Of a stretch of 64,000 nucleotides of DNA, positions 48,721 through 62,480 are shown piece after piece; position 1 is the first letter of the stretch, and each line of letters starts with the position of its first letter. The position numbers and the translations under genes were made by a program. A model generated the notes under the pieces. The model saw nothing but the letters and a program-made list of their open reading frames with translations. It did no database searches and was not told the origin of the DNA. Origin of the DNA: the human T2T-CHM13v2.0 reference genome, Homo sapiens. Location: the NCBI RefSeq assembly GCF_009914755.1, contig NC_060925.1; one strand, given 5' to 3'.

Positions 48721-49869
48721 GATTGTCATTATCTGGTCCCAGTGACAATCTTAGCTTCACTACTCATCTCCCACCTCTCACCAGCAGGCGAAAGAAGGTA
48801 GATGTGGAGGAGGGGCTGTGCAGAAACCTCAGAAGGACCCCGTCCCCTGACTCCATCACCAGCTGAGGTAAGGGCTCTTCCCCAGTCCTGTGTCTGGGTC
48901 CAGGCTCCTCGCCTGACAGCACCTGAGATCAATTCCAGGTACATTTTTAACTTTTCCACAACACAGGTGGCCCCGTGGGCTGAGACTCAGGAACCCACCT
49001 CATCATCTGGTTCTGCTCACTGCCTCTTACTGTGATTTTTTTTCTTCTCCCGGCCTCGATTTATCTACCATAAAGTGGCTGACAGTTACCAGCTTCTCCT
49101 TCTGTTCTACAGAACTATCTGAGAACGCATTGAAGGTTAAAAAGAAAAGATTGACACTCTTAAGAAGAATGATGTTAGTCGTTGTTGATATTAATATTTT
49201 ACCTGAACAATAGGAGGTTCCTATCCAGATCCTCTGCCCCCTTGGCTGTGGGAGTGCCATGGGGAAGAATGAGAATCAATCAATGAGCTCAAAAGTTGTA
49301 GGACTCAGAAAGGGGCCAGGTGCCCTGAAAGAGACAACCCAATAGTGCTTTTCTCCACTAGAGCAGGTCAAGACACCAAAGTTCTGGCCAAAGCCAAGTG
49401 CAGGCAGAGGAGGTCTATCATTTGGCAGGGGAAAAAAAAAATGAATAAAATATAGAGGAGGAAGGGAGAAAGGATCTTGTTTCCTATATCTAAAAATGCA
49501 CCCACAAGATCAAGCTTAAAAACCTGTGTGAGCTGTTCAAAACAGACAAAAACTCTGCTTAGCTGTGATGGGCTGGGCTGGACTAAGAAGACACATTTCT
49601 AAAACATCAAAAGGAATGTACCAGTAACAGCTCACAGCCCTCAGACCCACCTTCTCTAGGAATTTCTTTCCAGGCGGTATTTCTAGGGTCTCATGCATGG
49701 GAAAGCCAGGGTTGGAGATTCACTTGGTCAACCTCCCTAGTTACCTCAATAACTAATCATCATCACCCTTGAGGGAGGTAGGAAGGATTGAGAGCCTCAG
49801 AGGAGAGAGGTTTTAATTAGCCAGCTACATGTTTTTGCACATAGACAATGATGATATGTCCAATCCTTC

Positions 49870-50380
49870 AACTAAAATTTATTAATTACTCTGTACCAGA
49901 CATTGTGCTATACTTCTGTGTGGGTGAGAGGTGGTTAATACATGGTCCCTGTTCCCCAGGAATTCTTGACTAGTAGAAGAGACCGACACATGGACAACTA
50001 GCCACTAGTGCACATGATGCTGAGTGCAGTCATGGAGAGATGAAGAAACTGCTAGAGGAACATAGAGGCAGGACCCAAGGAGTCTTCACAGAAGATGTGA
50101 CACTTGATCTGGTTATCAAAGGATGAGTAAGAATTCTCCAAGGAGACAAGAGGCATGAGAATCTTCTAGCAGAGAGAACAGCTGCAGCCAACGCAAAATC
50201 ATATAAACAAGTATGAGTGATTTGGTTTGACAGGAATGTGGAATACACAGGGCCTGGTGTGGTAGGTGATGACCAAGCATCATGAACAAACATTTACTGG
50301 GCACTGGGCATGGGGCAGAAGGACCACTATGCTCTGTCCCTAGGGACAAAAAAAAGTCCCTAATCACAGCCCTTCCAGAG
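49870..50380 (-). mobile_element. L2 fragments
   Basis: CTCTGTACCAGACATTGTGCTA, CTTCACAGAAGATGTGACACTTGA, AACAAACATTTACTGGGCAC. Confidence 0.6.
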
Positions 50381-50556
50381 GGTAGTCATGTTGGAAAGAG
50401 TACTCAGTGTTTTACTGGATTCCTAAAAGGATCATTGGGTTATTTTAGCAAAGTTCCCATTTCCTTCATGAAGCTATTCTAAAATCAGAGAGATTTTACT
50501 AGCATTTGAGCAAAGAAAGATCCTGGACTCTCCTTCCCCAACCCTTGAACTGAGGC

Positions 50557-51092
50557 TGTGCTAGTACTGCACATGTTTACCCTCAGATACATTCTTCACC
50601 CTTTCTTTGCTCTATTCTGTGTTATGGTGAGGACAGGGGAAACTGGGCCATGCAAGTTGCATCTCCCAGATTTCTGGCTGGATTCAGCCAGTGGGAGGTA
50701 CTTTCAGAGGACTAGAGGTGAGGAGGAATGGAGAAGTCAGGATATTTCTCCCTCTCCCTCTTTGTTTCAACTACTGCCTCTTCAGCAGCTGTGACTCCTC
50801 CATGTCCCACTAGACACATCTACCCTGGTTCAAGTTCACACTGAACACTTCCGCCATGGTCCCAGTTTCCACCTAATGACCTCAACCTCTGGGCTCTGGT
50901 AACATCTCACCCTCCCTTTGTCTCCCCAACCTAAGGTGGTAGTGTCTTCCAAGGGTTGCTGATTTCTGCATTCCCATACAGTTTCCTGTTTGGCTTCCCA
51001 ACTCTTCTATTACTAGTTTCTTGTATTAAATTCTCACTGTTATAAATACTTAAAGTGATCTCTGTCTTCTGATTTGTACCCTGACTAACATA
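50557..51092 (+). mobile_element. LTR33-like ERVL solo LTR
   Basis: TGTGCTAG start; GGATTCAGCCAGTGGGAGG; end GTATTAAATTCTC...CCCTGACTAACATA. Confidence 0.7.
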
Positions 51093-51119
51093 GAGACTGC
51101 ATTTTAGTGGTCTTTGAGT

Positions 51120-51270
51120 CTCCCACAGCACCTAATACAGTGATTTTATGTGCTAATTTGTTAGATGAATGGATGGGCAGATGGGTGGATGGATGGATGG
51201 ATGGATAAACAGATGGTTAATTAAATAGATGAGCAGTGGTATGATTGGATGGATGAGAGTTGAATGGATG
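51120..51270 (+). repeat. L2 3' end with (TGGA)n expansion
   Basis: CAGCACCTAATACAGTG, then GGATGGATGGATGG repeats. Confidence 0.75.
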
Positions 51271-52549
51271 TTCATAATTTAATGAGGATGTTTTAATTTC
51301 ATAAGTATAAAGGAGTAAATTCTAAAAGAACTATGCAGAAAGTGATTCTAAGACATACAAAAATGGCCAGAAATTTAGAACAGCTGTGCTGCCACAAGTC
51401 AAGCCCAAAAAGAATCCAGCTGCTAGAAAAGCACAAGAAGAGAAGGAGACTTTGTGAAATTTATTTCTTGTTGCATCTGAATTGAGTCACTCATTTCTTC
51501 ATTCTCTTTCTGGATCTCTTCCTATATTGGCAGAGAGTGGTGGGGGAAAGACGTGTTTATGGCAAATAGTCCTAATTTTCATCTGGCAGACATTTCCATC
51601 CCATTTATTATGCCTGAGCCTCTGCAAAATGAAGGAGATATAATGGAAAGAACCTCATCACCATTGATTCTTAGTCATGTACACTTGAAGAAGATGCCAA
51701 ATGGCTACAGTCCTGGGCTGGAAAGAACCTGATTGGCCAGATACCTATAGTCTGTAGGGTTCTTAAGGACTTTTAACAATTACATTCTCAGAATCCTGCA
51801 TCCTTTTTCTAAGTATATTGCCTTGAATAATTAACAACATAGAGACCAAGCCCTTCCAAAGCCACTTTGTTCATTCCCCTCATTAGCAGGGTTGTACTGA
51901 AAGATATTCAATAAAAGATGTTTCCATCTTAGCCACTGACACTGGCATATGAGAGCATTGAGCATCCAAGTTCCTGGATCTGCCACTTATCTGCTGAGTA
52001 CCACAGCAAAGTCAGCACCCTTCCATGAGCTTAAGATTCTTTGCCCTCTCCTTCACCAAATTTTTATGAATACCAGATGAGATGACTGTGACAGATAGTT
52101 GAAAACCATACAGCTCAACACCATGATGTCATCTGTTTTATGGTCAATCAGTTGCCTACACAGATCTAACCTATTAATAAAAGCCTCTAGTTGAACTGTA
52201 ATCTTGTTCTGTCATCTAGAATGGATCCTCCTACCGACAAATCAGAAAGCAATAGGTCATATTCAGAGTAAGAAAGAAACAAAAATTTACTTAATAAAAG
52301 GGGCTGCCACCAATCAGATCTGTATTGATGAAAAATTACCAAAATAAGTGAAGTGTATCTTTGGTTTCCTCACCTCCTGGTACTCTCCTCCTTAACCCAA
52401 GAAAAATTTCTCATCTAAGGTTCCCTCCAAAGACCAGTGCTCTGAGTCTACAAGATGTTGTTCATTCTTCCCATTTCCCTACATCAGCCTCATCCTCTTC
52501 CAGTGCTGCTGATCTCCTCTCATTGTCATGATTCAAAAGTGCCAGTCGG

Positions 52550-52852
52550 GGCCGGGTGTGGTGACTCATGCCTATAATTCCAGCACTTTGGGAGGTTGAG
52601 GAGGGCTGGATCTCCTGAGATCGGGAGTTTGAGACCAGCCTGGCCAACGTGGTGAAACCCTGTCTCTACTAAAAATACAAAAAAAAAAAAAGCCAGGCGT
52701 AGTGGCAGGCGCCTGTAATCCCAGCTACTCAGGAGGCTGAAGCAGGAGAAATGCTTGAACGCGGGAGGCAGAGGTTGCAGTGAGCCGAGATCACATCACT
52801 GCACTCCAGCCTGGGTGATGGCAAGGCTCCATCTCAAAAAAAAAAAAAAAAA
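52550..52852 (+). mobile_element. AluS (Sx/Sq-like)
   Basis: Full dimer with A tail; TSD AA(A/G)AGTGCCAGTCGG at 52535-52549 and 52851-52865. Confidence 0.92.
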
Positions 52853-55024
52853 GAGTGCCAGTCGGGTCAAGTCACACTAAGATATAGTACAATGTGGTGG
52901 AACCCCTGTACTCCTCTCATGTGTGGAGCCCTAACCTTCTAATGGTTGAACATTAGTCCCAAGTCTTCAGTTGATGTTTCAGACGGAGCAGAGGAGATAT
53001 TTGGAGAGTGGAAAGTGGAAGAGAAGGCCTTTAAGAAAGCCCCAGTTACACTTCTAGGAACAAATTATTCAGACTCAAAGTAAGCCCACATGGTACTGAG
53101 GAGAATCTTTCCTTCCTTCTACTCTTCTTTCTCCCAGCCCAATTCAAAGTTGTAAGTCAGAAGTAAATTTCTCCAGAGGATTTTTATCCCCTCATATCTA
53201 GGGGGATACAGATGTAGGTTCTTTGTGTTGATAGCTCTTGGAAGGGGAGCAATTTCCTCCCTATCCAAGACCAGTTTTTAGTCAACTCCCAAGCATTCTC
53301 ATGATGACGAACCATTTTATAAAACTTCTCTGAGTTCATGCCAGGCTGGCTTCCCCTGCCATATTGGCTGTGCCCTTGCTTCCTCTCTGCACCATGGGTT
53401 AGTGATTGTTCAAAGCATAAAACTACTTTTCGGATTAGCTACAACAAGGCATAAGGAAATAAGGATGTCTGTTGGCACTGACTCATACAATATATTGCAG
53501 AGCCAATTTAAATGATCAAGTCGATCAATAGTTACTTATTGAGCATCAGCCAGCTCTGGCTATTCTCTGCTCAGAATATGTACTCCTCACTTCCCCTTCA
53601 CAGCCCTTTTTGAGACCTTCCTTTTACTGACCCACCACCACCATCATCACTATCACTAATAATCAATGTGACACCCCTCCAGGAGCTGCCCAGAATTTCA
53701 GCACTGCATGTCAAACTAAGTGGGGGTGAGGGTGGGGGTTAACTGGCTTCCTTTTTCTCCCTTTGTCAGAAGCAGATGGGAAAGGTGGGAGGAAAGGGAT
53801 TGCTTATTTTCTAATCTTGCCCAAAGCCATCTCTATTTTGACGGTCAGTTCCCTCCATCCTCATCCCAAGCCCAACAGTAGCTTGACTGACAGTGGCCCC
53901 CATCCCAGCATAGTTCCAAGAGGCCCTAACTGACCTTGTTTACATTGCATGGAAATGCCTCTGCACTGCAGAACTTTCAGTTTCAGGGTTTTGCAAATTT
54001 TATGAGAATTTTCAGACAAGCTGATTTTTAGCTCCCCCTTTCCCCTCCAGCTAAAATCAAGATCTTTCATCCAGCTCTGATCTCAGAGGGACTTTTTTCT
54101 AAGCACTTGGGACATGATTAAATAACAGGCACATGTGCACATACCAGCCCAAAACCCTTTTTGTTTCCCAGATCTTTCTTCAGTAACGAAGCCTGAAATG
54201 GAAAACTACTGTGCAAAGAAACTGTAGCTGCAAGAGGAAAAGGAATAGTCAACATGCCAGCCTGGCTCCTTCTGGAGAGAGAGGTGAGAAGTTTGCTCCC
54301 AAAACAAGGGCAAATAAAATGTATGTATCAAATGGAAGCCTTTCCAAGGAGAACTTTGGGAAGTTTAGTGATTACTAGTTGGTGGTCCATCAGCTGTAGA
54401 TAAAGGGGAGTCAGGAAACATCTGTCTTCCATACTCTCCAGAGAGCCTGAGAGGGTAAGAAGAGCACTGGCTGCCAGGAGCATGGTTTTCATTGTCCAGT
54501 TGACGTGATCATTAACTCTTCCAATTATGGCAATATAAAGAAATCATTAAAATGCAAATATTACAGCTGTATAAGTTTATAGCTGCATAACTACATCAAA
54601 AGGCCACCTTTGTAGGTCTTTATGTGCTCCATAAACCTGAATAAATTGCAGCAAAGAGAAAAAGATTACTTCAATATGAATCAAAAGCAAATTCAAAATT
54701 TTTGTCCTACTCTGTGGAGATAGCAGCAATGAATGGCTTGGCTCCTTCATGACCCCTGGCCTGCTAGGTACCTGCAAGAGTTTTCTCTTTGCCCTAGGTT
54801 TGCATCTCCCATGACCTGTCTTTGGTCAAACTGATCCAAACAAATGAAAGCCAAATAAGTGCATAAAAAAAAGTTATCACAACCTCATACCCTTATATAA
54901 TGTTGTATAGTTCTCACATTTAACAACTTTATGGCAAGATAAGATAATTAGCCCCATTAAATAAATGAAAAGCTAATAATCAAATAATTTTTAAGGAACT
55001 TGTCTAAGGTCACAAGGTGGGCTG

Positions 55025-55532
55025 GATGCTGTCAGTTTGTCCCCCACTACCTCACCCCAGATCCACTCTCCACCCTTCTCCACCCTGCTCTGTGCCCTAG
55101 GAGGCTAACTTCTAGGAAATGCACCCATAGGTTCTCCTACCCTCTGATTTATAGTTGGATTAGGCCAATGGGAGGCAATAGCAAGAAAACAGAGGGTGTG
55201 AGAAGAGAGAAACTGGGATTTTTCCTCCTCTCACCCCTCCTTATTGGGTCATAGTCTCGCAGTGACTGTGGTCCTCTGTCTACAGCCTCAGGGGCTGTCA
55301 GGCAGCCCTCTCTGTGATAGCCAGGGCCTTCTCCAGGTTCTGACCATCAGTCCCTCCCTTTGCCCCTGCAGGCCTAGAGATAGTAGCAGTGTCCCTGACA
55401 TTGCTGGCCCCAGACAGCATCACCATTCTTGGTTGATTTCCCTTCCCCCCATGCATACCCCTTCTTTAAACCCTCCTCATTGTTTCTTTTGAATGTGCTC
55501 ATTGTGTCCTGCGAGGTCTCTGACTGCCACAC
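55025..55532 (+). mobile_element. LTR16C-like solo LTR inserted in a minus-strand MIR
   Basis: CAGATCCACTCTCCACCCTTCTCCACCCTGCTCTGTGCCC; MIR halves at ~54920-55015 and ~55533-55575. Confidence 0.7.
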
Positions 55533-56409
55533 ACAACTAATGAGTGCTGGGACCCGGACTGGAACCTAAATCATCAAAAACCCTAAGAATCCAGGCCTCA
55601 ATAATTTAGAAAATTTAATTTGCTCCAGACACAACATGCTAATTGTCATCACCATCCAAGTTCTACCTACTTTAGTTGGCACTGTGCTGGGGCACTTACA
55701 GAGAGAATTATAAGAAGAAAAACCCTGCTGTCCAGGAACCTTCATGCTGAGTCAAGCACACTGAGATAAACTACTATGTATAGTACATGCATGGGACAGA
55801 GACATCCCAAACTACTGCCTGGACAGACAATGATGGGGTGAGAGGTCATTGTGTGGAGTGAGGGTAAATGCTTTGAGAGTTGAGGACTGAATATCTAGAA
55901 AAGCAGGTGTTCTGTTTCCAAACTGGGTAGACGAGAGCAATTGGTCAGATCATTCAAAATTGCAAATGATCCTGAAACATTTCTATTTGGCCTAGACATG
56001 CATAACTAGACAATATGTCGTTGATTTGTTTGGGGATTTCTACTGCAGATATGCCTACCTAATTAATTTTTATTAGACTAATAGTGAAGAGAGTTAATAT
56101 TCTTGAAGTTCACACACACCTCTGCCACCTGGGAGGGAGAAACAAAGCAATTTGGCCTCCAGTGCTCCTGAAAGTGGGCTACAGAGCAGATTACCGGTAC
56201 ATAGCCCACCATAGTTCACTGCCCACTTTTATGTAGGCCTGACATTTTCACTCTGTAAGACCTGAGATCATGGGTTGTGGAATGCGGTTCAGCTTTTCAG
56301 GACACAGCAGGCCCTTGTTGATCTACAATGACTCTATACTCCTTCCTCTGAAGATTCAAATGCCTCAGAATAGCAAGTTGGATCATAGACAGAGGCAGCA
56401 GTAAAAACC

Positions 56410-56615
56410 TGGTGTGGCTGGAGGTCAGAAGACCCTGATCCTTGTCCATCCAAGTTAAGTCTCCCTGGGGAAGTTCCTGATTTCCACTGAATTTTAGTGT
56501 TTTATGTTTTACGATGGAGAAAATAATACTTACATCAAGAGTTAAAGTAAGACACTGCGCCTGGCACATAGAGCACTCGCAATGATGAGCAAATGCTTTG
56601 TAAATGTTAACTTCT
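56410..56615 (+). mobile_element. MIR
   Basis: GGAGGTCAGAAGACC...AATAATACTTAC...GCAAATGCTTTGTAAA. Confidence 0.6.
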
Positions 56616-56734
56616 ATATGTCAGCAATATTATTATAGACTTTTAGTGTTGGAATCAGTCTTGCCTTGTTTGCAGATAAGTTATACTGAATTCCAGCCGT
56701 AGTAAATTAATAGTGCTCTGATTTTTTCTTTTAC

Positions 56735-56970
56735 AAATAATGACAGCTAATAGTTCTATGTTGCTTACTATCTACCAGACTATATTCTAAGCACTTTACA
56801 AAGATAAAACCATCTAATCCTTGCAATTACCCTCACAAAATAGGTACTATAATGGTCTCCATTCTAGAGACGAAAAAGCCAGACTCAGAGAAGTCACATA
56901 GCTACTAAGTAGCAGGGCTGGGATTCAAATTCTGGGTCTGGTTCCAGAATCTGTGCTCTTTACCACAGTG
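56735..56970 (-). mobile_element. MIR
   Basis: TTCTAAGCACTTTACA...TAGGTACTAT...GCTGGGATTCAAATTC. Confidence 0.8.
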
Positions 56971-57049
56971 CCCTCCTTCCACAAGAATTGCTGGGCAGCA
57001 AGGTAAAACTCAGTGTACCAGAAAAATAATACAAATTATATGGTATCAG

Positions 57050-57440
57050 AGCACTTTCTGGCTGAAGTGATGGAAGAAATTGTGCACAGAGAGATGAGAT
57101 GGAAGAGGAACAGAGTAAGCAAAGGCATAGAGGTGGGAAACTGCAGGACATATAAAAAAAACAGCAAGTAGTTCCATCTGGGGTCATGAAGAGGCTTATG
57201 GGAGACAAGAACTAAAGTTTTGAAGATGGGTTACAGTGAGGCAACCCCAGAATGTTAGGCTAAGCTACATAGATTTTTTTCCTTCCTAGAAGGAATGGGG
57301 AGCTGCTAAAATGTTTGGGCAAGAGTCCAACAGGATCAGAATTGTGTCCGAGAAAGAGTTAATGTGACAGCTGTGTGTAGGATGGTGACAAAGGGAGAGA
57401 CTGCAGGCAGGCAGACCACGTGTCCCAACCATCTAAGGGG
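57050..57440 (-). mobile_element. L2 fragment
   Basis: GAGCAAAGGCATAGAGGTGGGAA-like, AATGGGGAGCTGCT, GGGAGAGACTGCAGGCAGG. Confidence 0.55.
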
Positions 57441-60400
57441 CTGCTCTCCACCTACTGAGATAAATAAAGACTTGTTGACTGACTGACAGACAGGCTGATT
57501 GACACACTGCCTCCAAACCATAAACCATCACCATCAGAGAACCCCTCCTTCACCATCAACACACAATGGCAGCTCTGCCTGAAAGTAGGCAAGGGCTCTG
57601 AGGCTAAAGTGATTGGACAGAGCCACCATGCTGCATTTGTAAATGGAGAAGAGCCAAAAACTAGGAGACTCATTCCCCACCAAAAACACCTCGAAAGAGG
57701 GAGACCAATAGCAAAAGGAACACCCCCCAGTGAGCGGAACATAACCCCAATTCTTTTTCCTTTTTTCTTGTATTCCTTCATCTTGAAGGGAAAATGCATG
57801 GCAGCTGCGTAAAAAATGATGGTTTTATTTCCACATGTGAGGTTGTCAGGGAATTTGGCTATAACCTTTTATTAGACATTAATAATTTAGAAAAGGAAGA
57901 AGCATTCCCCAGTCAAATCTAATCTCGCACAAATAAATACTTTGCGGGGGAACGAAAGCGTCACATTCATCCTGAGATGAGCAGGTGATTATCAAGCCTC
58001 CGCACATTGCTGGCATCCATCAGCTAGGCCATTCACTCTGGTTAATGACAATTGCATTACTTTCCTTGGGTCTGTTTTCAGCAGTTAGATTCATAGCTCT
58101 GGGTGAATCTCTCCTATACTGACTCTCCAAGGCTTCCTCTATGTGTCTGTGAGGATCTATGTTCTCTGTGTGTTTGAGTGTGTGCTGCAATAGTTATATA
58201 GAGGAAATAGTCTGGAGTGCTTGATGTTCATCAACAGGCTAACGTCCAGTATTAACCCAAGAGGCCCCCTGCAGCTTAATGTTCAATTAAGGCCAAAACA
58301 TTCACTTTAGAGTGCAGAAGCAACTTTCACTTCATGCTCACAAGGAGGGGCACTAGTGTGCAAAAAGCCCTGGTTGACTAGATGCATTTGAGTATTTGCT
58401 TCACAAATTAGGCATTTTTTTGTCCCACGGTTCACATTTACAACTGGACATGAGTCAGCTCTTTGCAGCACTGTGCATATTGTCAGCTGTTAGCCTGCTC
58501 TTAAATGTTAGTCATAACATTTAAGACATTCTTATATTGAGGTTTCTGATTGCAAAGTCACCCCTTCCCTTAGTAAAAGAAAGTGAGCATTAAGGAAGCA
58601 AGGATGCAGTAGATAAGATAACCAAGAGAGGAATGTGTTGACTAGGAAGTATAACTGAGCTAATTTTTTCACTGTAAACAAATATAGTCACTGTGATACA
58701 TTTTCCCACTGTCCTGGGTCCATGGACCAGATAAGAAGCTTGGCCACAGCTCTGCCTCACTTGGCAGAATGGAGATTTATTCTCATTCACTTTTCTACTA
58801 CTCTCCTAATGCCAACCTTCCCACCCTCAGGTGAATCAATTCTCAACCAGGCCAGAGCCCCGGACAAAGCCATAAGGATCTCAGGCAGTTGCCACTCTCC
58901 CCACAAAGTGCCCAGAAATGAGGATAGCTCAGTAACCTACTGGTAAACCAGTTCTCCAAGTGGGCGGGAAACACAAATCCTGAGTTATAGTATTTGCCCA
59001 TTTCCATGATGTAAATACGCCCACTACAGCCCATTTCAAGCAACCAACAGTTTAACAGCCAGCTTTTAACATTCCTGAACATTTAACAATCCGCCAGTGA
59101 GAGTCAACTTCAGCACAGCACTACCAGGTCTCCGGGCCCCGCACTGTCCCTGAGGGCCTCCGGGCTTAGACACGTGGTGGGAGGCCCTACCCCATGCATG
59201 GTCTTTGCACTTGCTGTTCAGCCCCTGGAGTTTGTGCAAGAGTCAGAACCCAACATACTTCTTAATCAACATCTTGTTCAGAAAGTGTCACTTGCCATAA
59301 ATATGGGCTTTTAACCTGTCTCCTTGGCAGCCACCTCCAGGAGTAGGGACAGGGAATTCATCATAAATTTCAGAGCTGGTAGATTTCAAGGGAGCAAGAG
59401 AGGCTCTTCATCCACAGGAACTGTGGAGGTAGCATGTCTCCCAATCCCCATCACAGAGGAGGAGGACAACTATCCAGCCTTTTTAGTGTCTGTCACTGTT
59501 CTGAGTGTCCAGGCCAGAGAAAAAAACAGCCTGGACTTTGTTTACATAAAGTACAAGAGGGAGAGTAAGGGAGTACTGACCTCGGTGGTTTGGAGATTGG
59601 AGATCTGCATGGGTTCAGAGTTGGAAACCCATCAACAGTTATTAAGGGGATTACAGGAAACATTTTGTAACCATAAAAGCTGCTGCCAGAAGCTAGAGAG
59701 AGGAAACAAATAAGACACAGAAACAGGGAGCTGGGAACTGAGACAGGGTCAGAGGCAGAAATGAAAGGGGAGAGAGACAGAAACAGATGGATAGAGATCG
59801 TACTGAACCAGATTCTGTTAAACTTAAAAAGCCTGAGATGGACATATTTCTTTATTGATTCTAAACTCTTGGGTGCAGTTCAAACCCCATTCAACCAATG
59901 TTCCCTATCCCCTACCTCAATTCATGGTTTAATTTTTCATCAGACCTGACAACATACCCTCCATTTTGTTCAAACTCATAGGCCCTAGCAAAATGCTCTA
60001 ACCCGACTCTGTGGCTTTATGTAGGCCATTTCCCTTCTAGAAACATTGTCTTCCCTTCCAAATGACTTTCTCTTTCCCCAAACTCATTCTAACTCTCACT
60101 TCCTCCAGAAGACGTTCCGGGTTAACTGCCCTGGCTTTGAGCACTTTATTTCTCTCTTGCTCTCTTACCACTTAGGTGCTCAATTTGGATGAACCTTTAT
60201 CCTGGTGATCTAATACAATTCTGCAACTATTCAGTGATGTGACTGACCTTAGACAAGTCGGGTCCCTCCTTGCACCTTCATTTCTTCAGCTGTTTGAGGA
60301 ACTATCTGACTGCATGACGTAGTCTCTTTGCAGCTCTGACATTTATCAACTCTAAGCAACAGGGGCCACAAAGAACAAGATCAACGGGTGGAGAAATGTG

Positions 60401-60589
60401 CCAATGAGAGAGGGACAGATTTATGGGGTGGCCAAACGAGGCCTGAGAGGGATTGATGGCAACAGTGTGGCCATGATGTCTAGTTGTCCCAGTAGCTTCT
60501 CTTCTCCTCTTCCATAATAACAGCTGGCTACCCAGAGTAAAGGCTATATATCCCAACTTAATTTAATGTATTTGACTAAGTGCTGGCCT

Positions 60590-60938
60590 AACAGACATAA
60601 ACAAAAGTAATACATAGCAGCTTCTAAGACCCTGTCTTATAAGACAGCTCATGGTCATCCTTTGCTCCCCTTTCTTCTTTAGTCCTTCCTCCATCCTGCT
60701 GCCTGGAATGTGGATGTGATGGCTAGGGCACTAGCCTCCCTCTTGGTCTATTAGGATGAGAACTACAGGAAGCTGGAAAGATCCTGCATCCAGGAAGACT
60801 TCACAGAACAGAACTTCCCTTCCAGTTCAAAACCAGATGCCTCTGGACTTTTCCTGAGGAAGAGATAAACTTTCTTGTTTAAGCCACAGTTATTTGGGGT
60901 GTCTGTTACTTAAAGCACAACTTAATCCTAAATGATTC
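60590..60938 (+). mobile_element. MaLR LTR (MLT1I/J-like)
   Basis: CCTGCTGCCTGGAATGTGGATGTGATGGCT...TTGTTTAAGCCAC...AATCCTAAATGATTCA. Confidence 0.75.
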
Positions 60939-61859
60939 AAAGGGAGTTCTAAGGTTGAGGAGGAATTACCAAGAAGCCCAGACAGTCAGATGGTGGAAGG
61001 TGACTGGTGGTTGTGGGTAATAGACCGCAGATTACAAGAAACAGGGAAAGATTTGGCAACAAGGGCAGTGTAATCTCCTAGTTTCTTCACCACCAGAACC
61101 AGTCTCAGACATCTGTGAGCAGTTTACAAGGCCCATCTTTAAAGCCTGTCTCCAGTAAATCTCTTTTTGTCCAGCCCAGCACCTCAAGGACCTCCTGTCC
61201 TCAAAGCTCCTGGGGCACTCTATATTACTTATTTGGCACTTGCCAACATGCCTGATACTGTCTTTTTTAGTGTTTCCAACTTGCAATCCCAGCTAGATTA
61301 TATGCTCCTTGAGAAAAGAGATTTTTCTTGCTTTTCCCCCAGACATAATGAAGACATCTCAGGTTTTCTGGGCAAACTAGATTTCAAATATTCTGTCCTG
61401 GTGCTCCCTAAATTTAAAAAATGTTAGTGTTTAAACTACATCTGCAAAACAATCTTTTTTAATGTAAGACCAGAACAAAAATCCCAATCTGGGACTCAGA
61501 AAATCTGATTCCCATATTCACAGACCTACCTAGATGCTCAGTTAAAAAAAAAAATCATTGATATTTTTTTCCCTTGATGGATTGAAAGTGTCTTGATAGG
61601 GGCCCAAGGGCATCTAAGTGGAGAGAATGATGTACAGGAATAGGGAAGGTGATGAAGCATGACAGGTGGAGGGAATGTGATTGACAGGGTATCATCAGGA
61701 CTGGGAGAAGATGCTGGGCCTAGACAGTGACCAATGGGCCATCACACAGGGAGAATAGCAGCTTTCCTGCTAATGCATAAAGCCTGTGCCGGGTGTCTGG
61801 GGCCTTGCTTAGTGGGAAACTGGGAAAGGTCTTTTTTTAAGTGATAAAATTCAATGGCC

Positions 61860-62480
61860 AGACTTCCTGTTAAAGGTAGTGAACTGAAGACACACATCTA
61901 ATTTCTCTCCCTCCCCAAATCTCACTAAAATTACAGCAAAGGGATTGTTTACAAAGGTGTAAACCCACAAGGACAAGACAAAATGGGAAAGGAGAAAATA
62001 GCAATAAAATTTTGGAAGCTGCAAAGTGGATAGGCAAAGGATAATGAACTTGACAGATTTGAGAAATCTATGTGAGGAAAGCTAAAAGTCAACCTGATGT
62101 ATACCACAGAATCCTCAAAATGCCCTGGCATTGGCAGCACAAAATATTTCTGGAAGTAGAAGTGAAAAGAAGTTGTCAAAATAAGGAGAACAGGTAGAAA
62201 GCTGTTTCAGCAGCAGCAGCTCTCAAGCCTCCTCCATTCCAGCACCAGGCAGCGCCCATCCCCTATGCTGGCAAGAGACTGCAAGTTTACTGTCTGCAGA
62301 GGGTGAACCTGGGGGCTCCCAGGTGCCATTGTGGCAGGTTCACTCTACCAGAACAGGGAGGCCAAACTCTGGAATTCCAAGTGCTTTTCCAACATTACAA
62401 GACATTGAAAAAGAGCTCATGTGAAAAACAGAAAATAGAGACCAAAAGAAACAGAAAAAAGCAACTAAAAAAGTCTGAAG
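61860..62480 (+). mobile_element. Ancient L1M/HAL1-type 5' end fragment
   Basis: GACTTCCTGTTAAAG...CTCCCTCCCCAAATCTCACTAAAAT...AAACCCACAAGGACAA. Confidence 0.55.

Noticed and set aside
53293-53341. C/D-box-like motif pair (ATGATGA ... CTGA)
   Set aside because: The boxes are only ~22 nt apart, too short for a snoRNA, and there is no recognisable guide.
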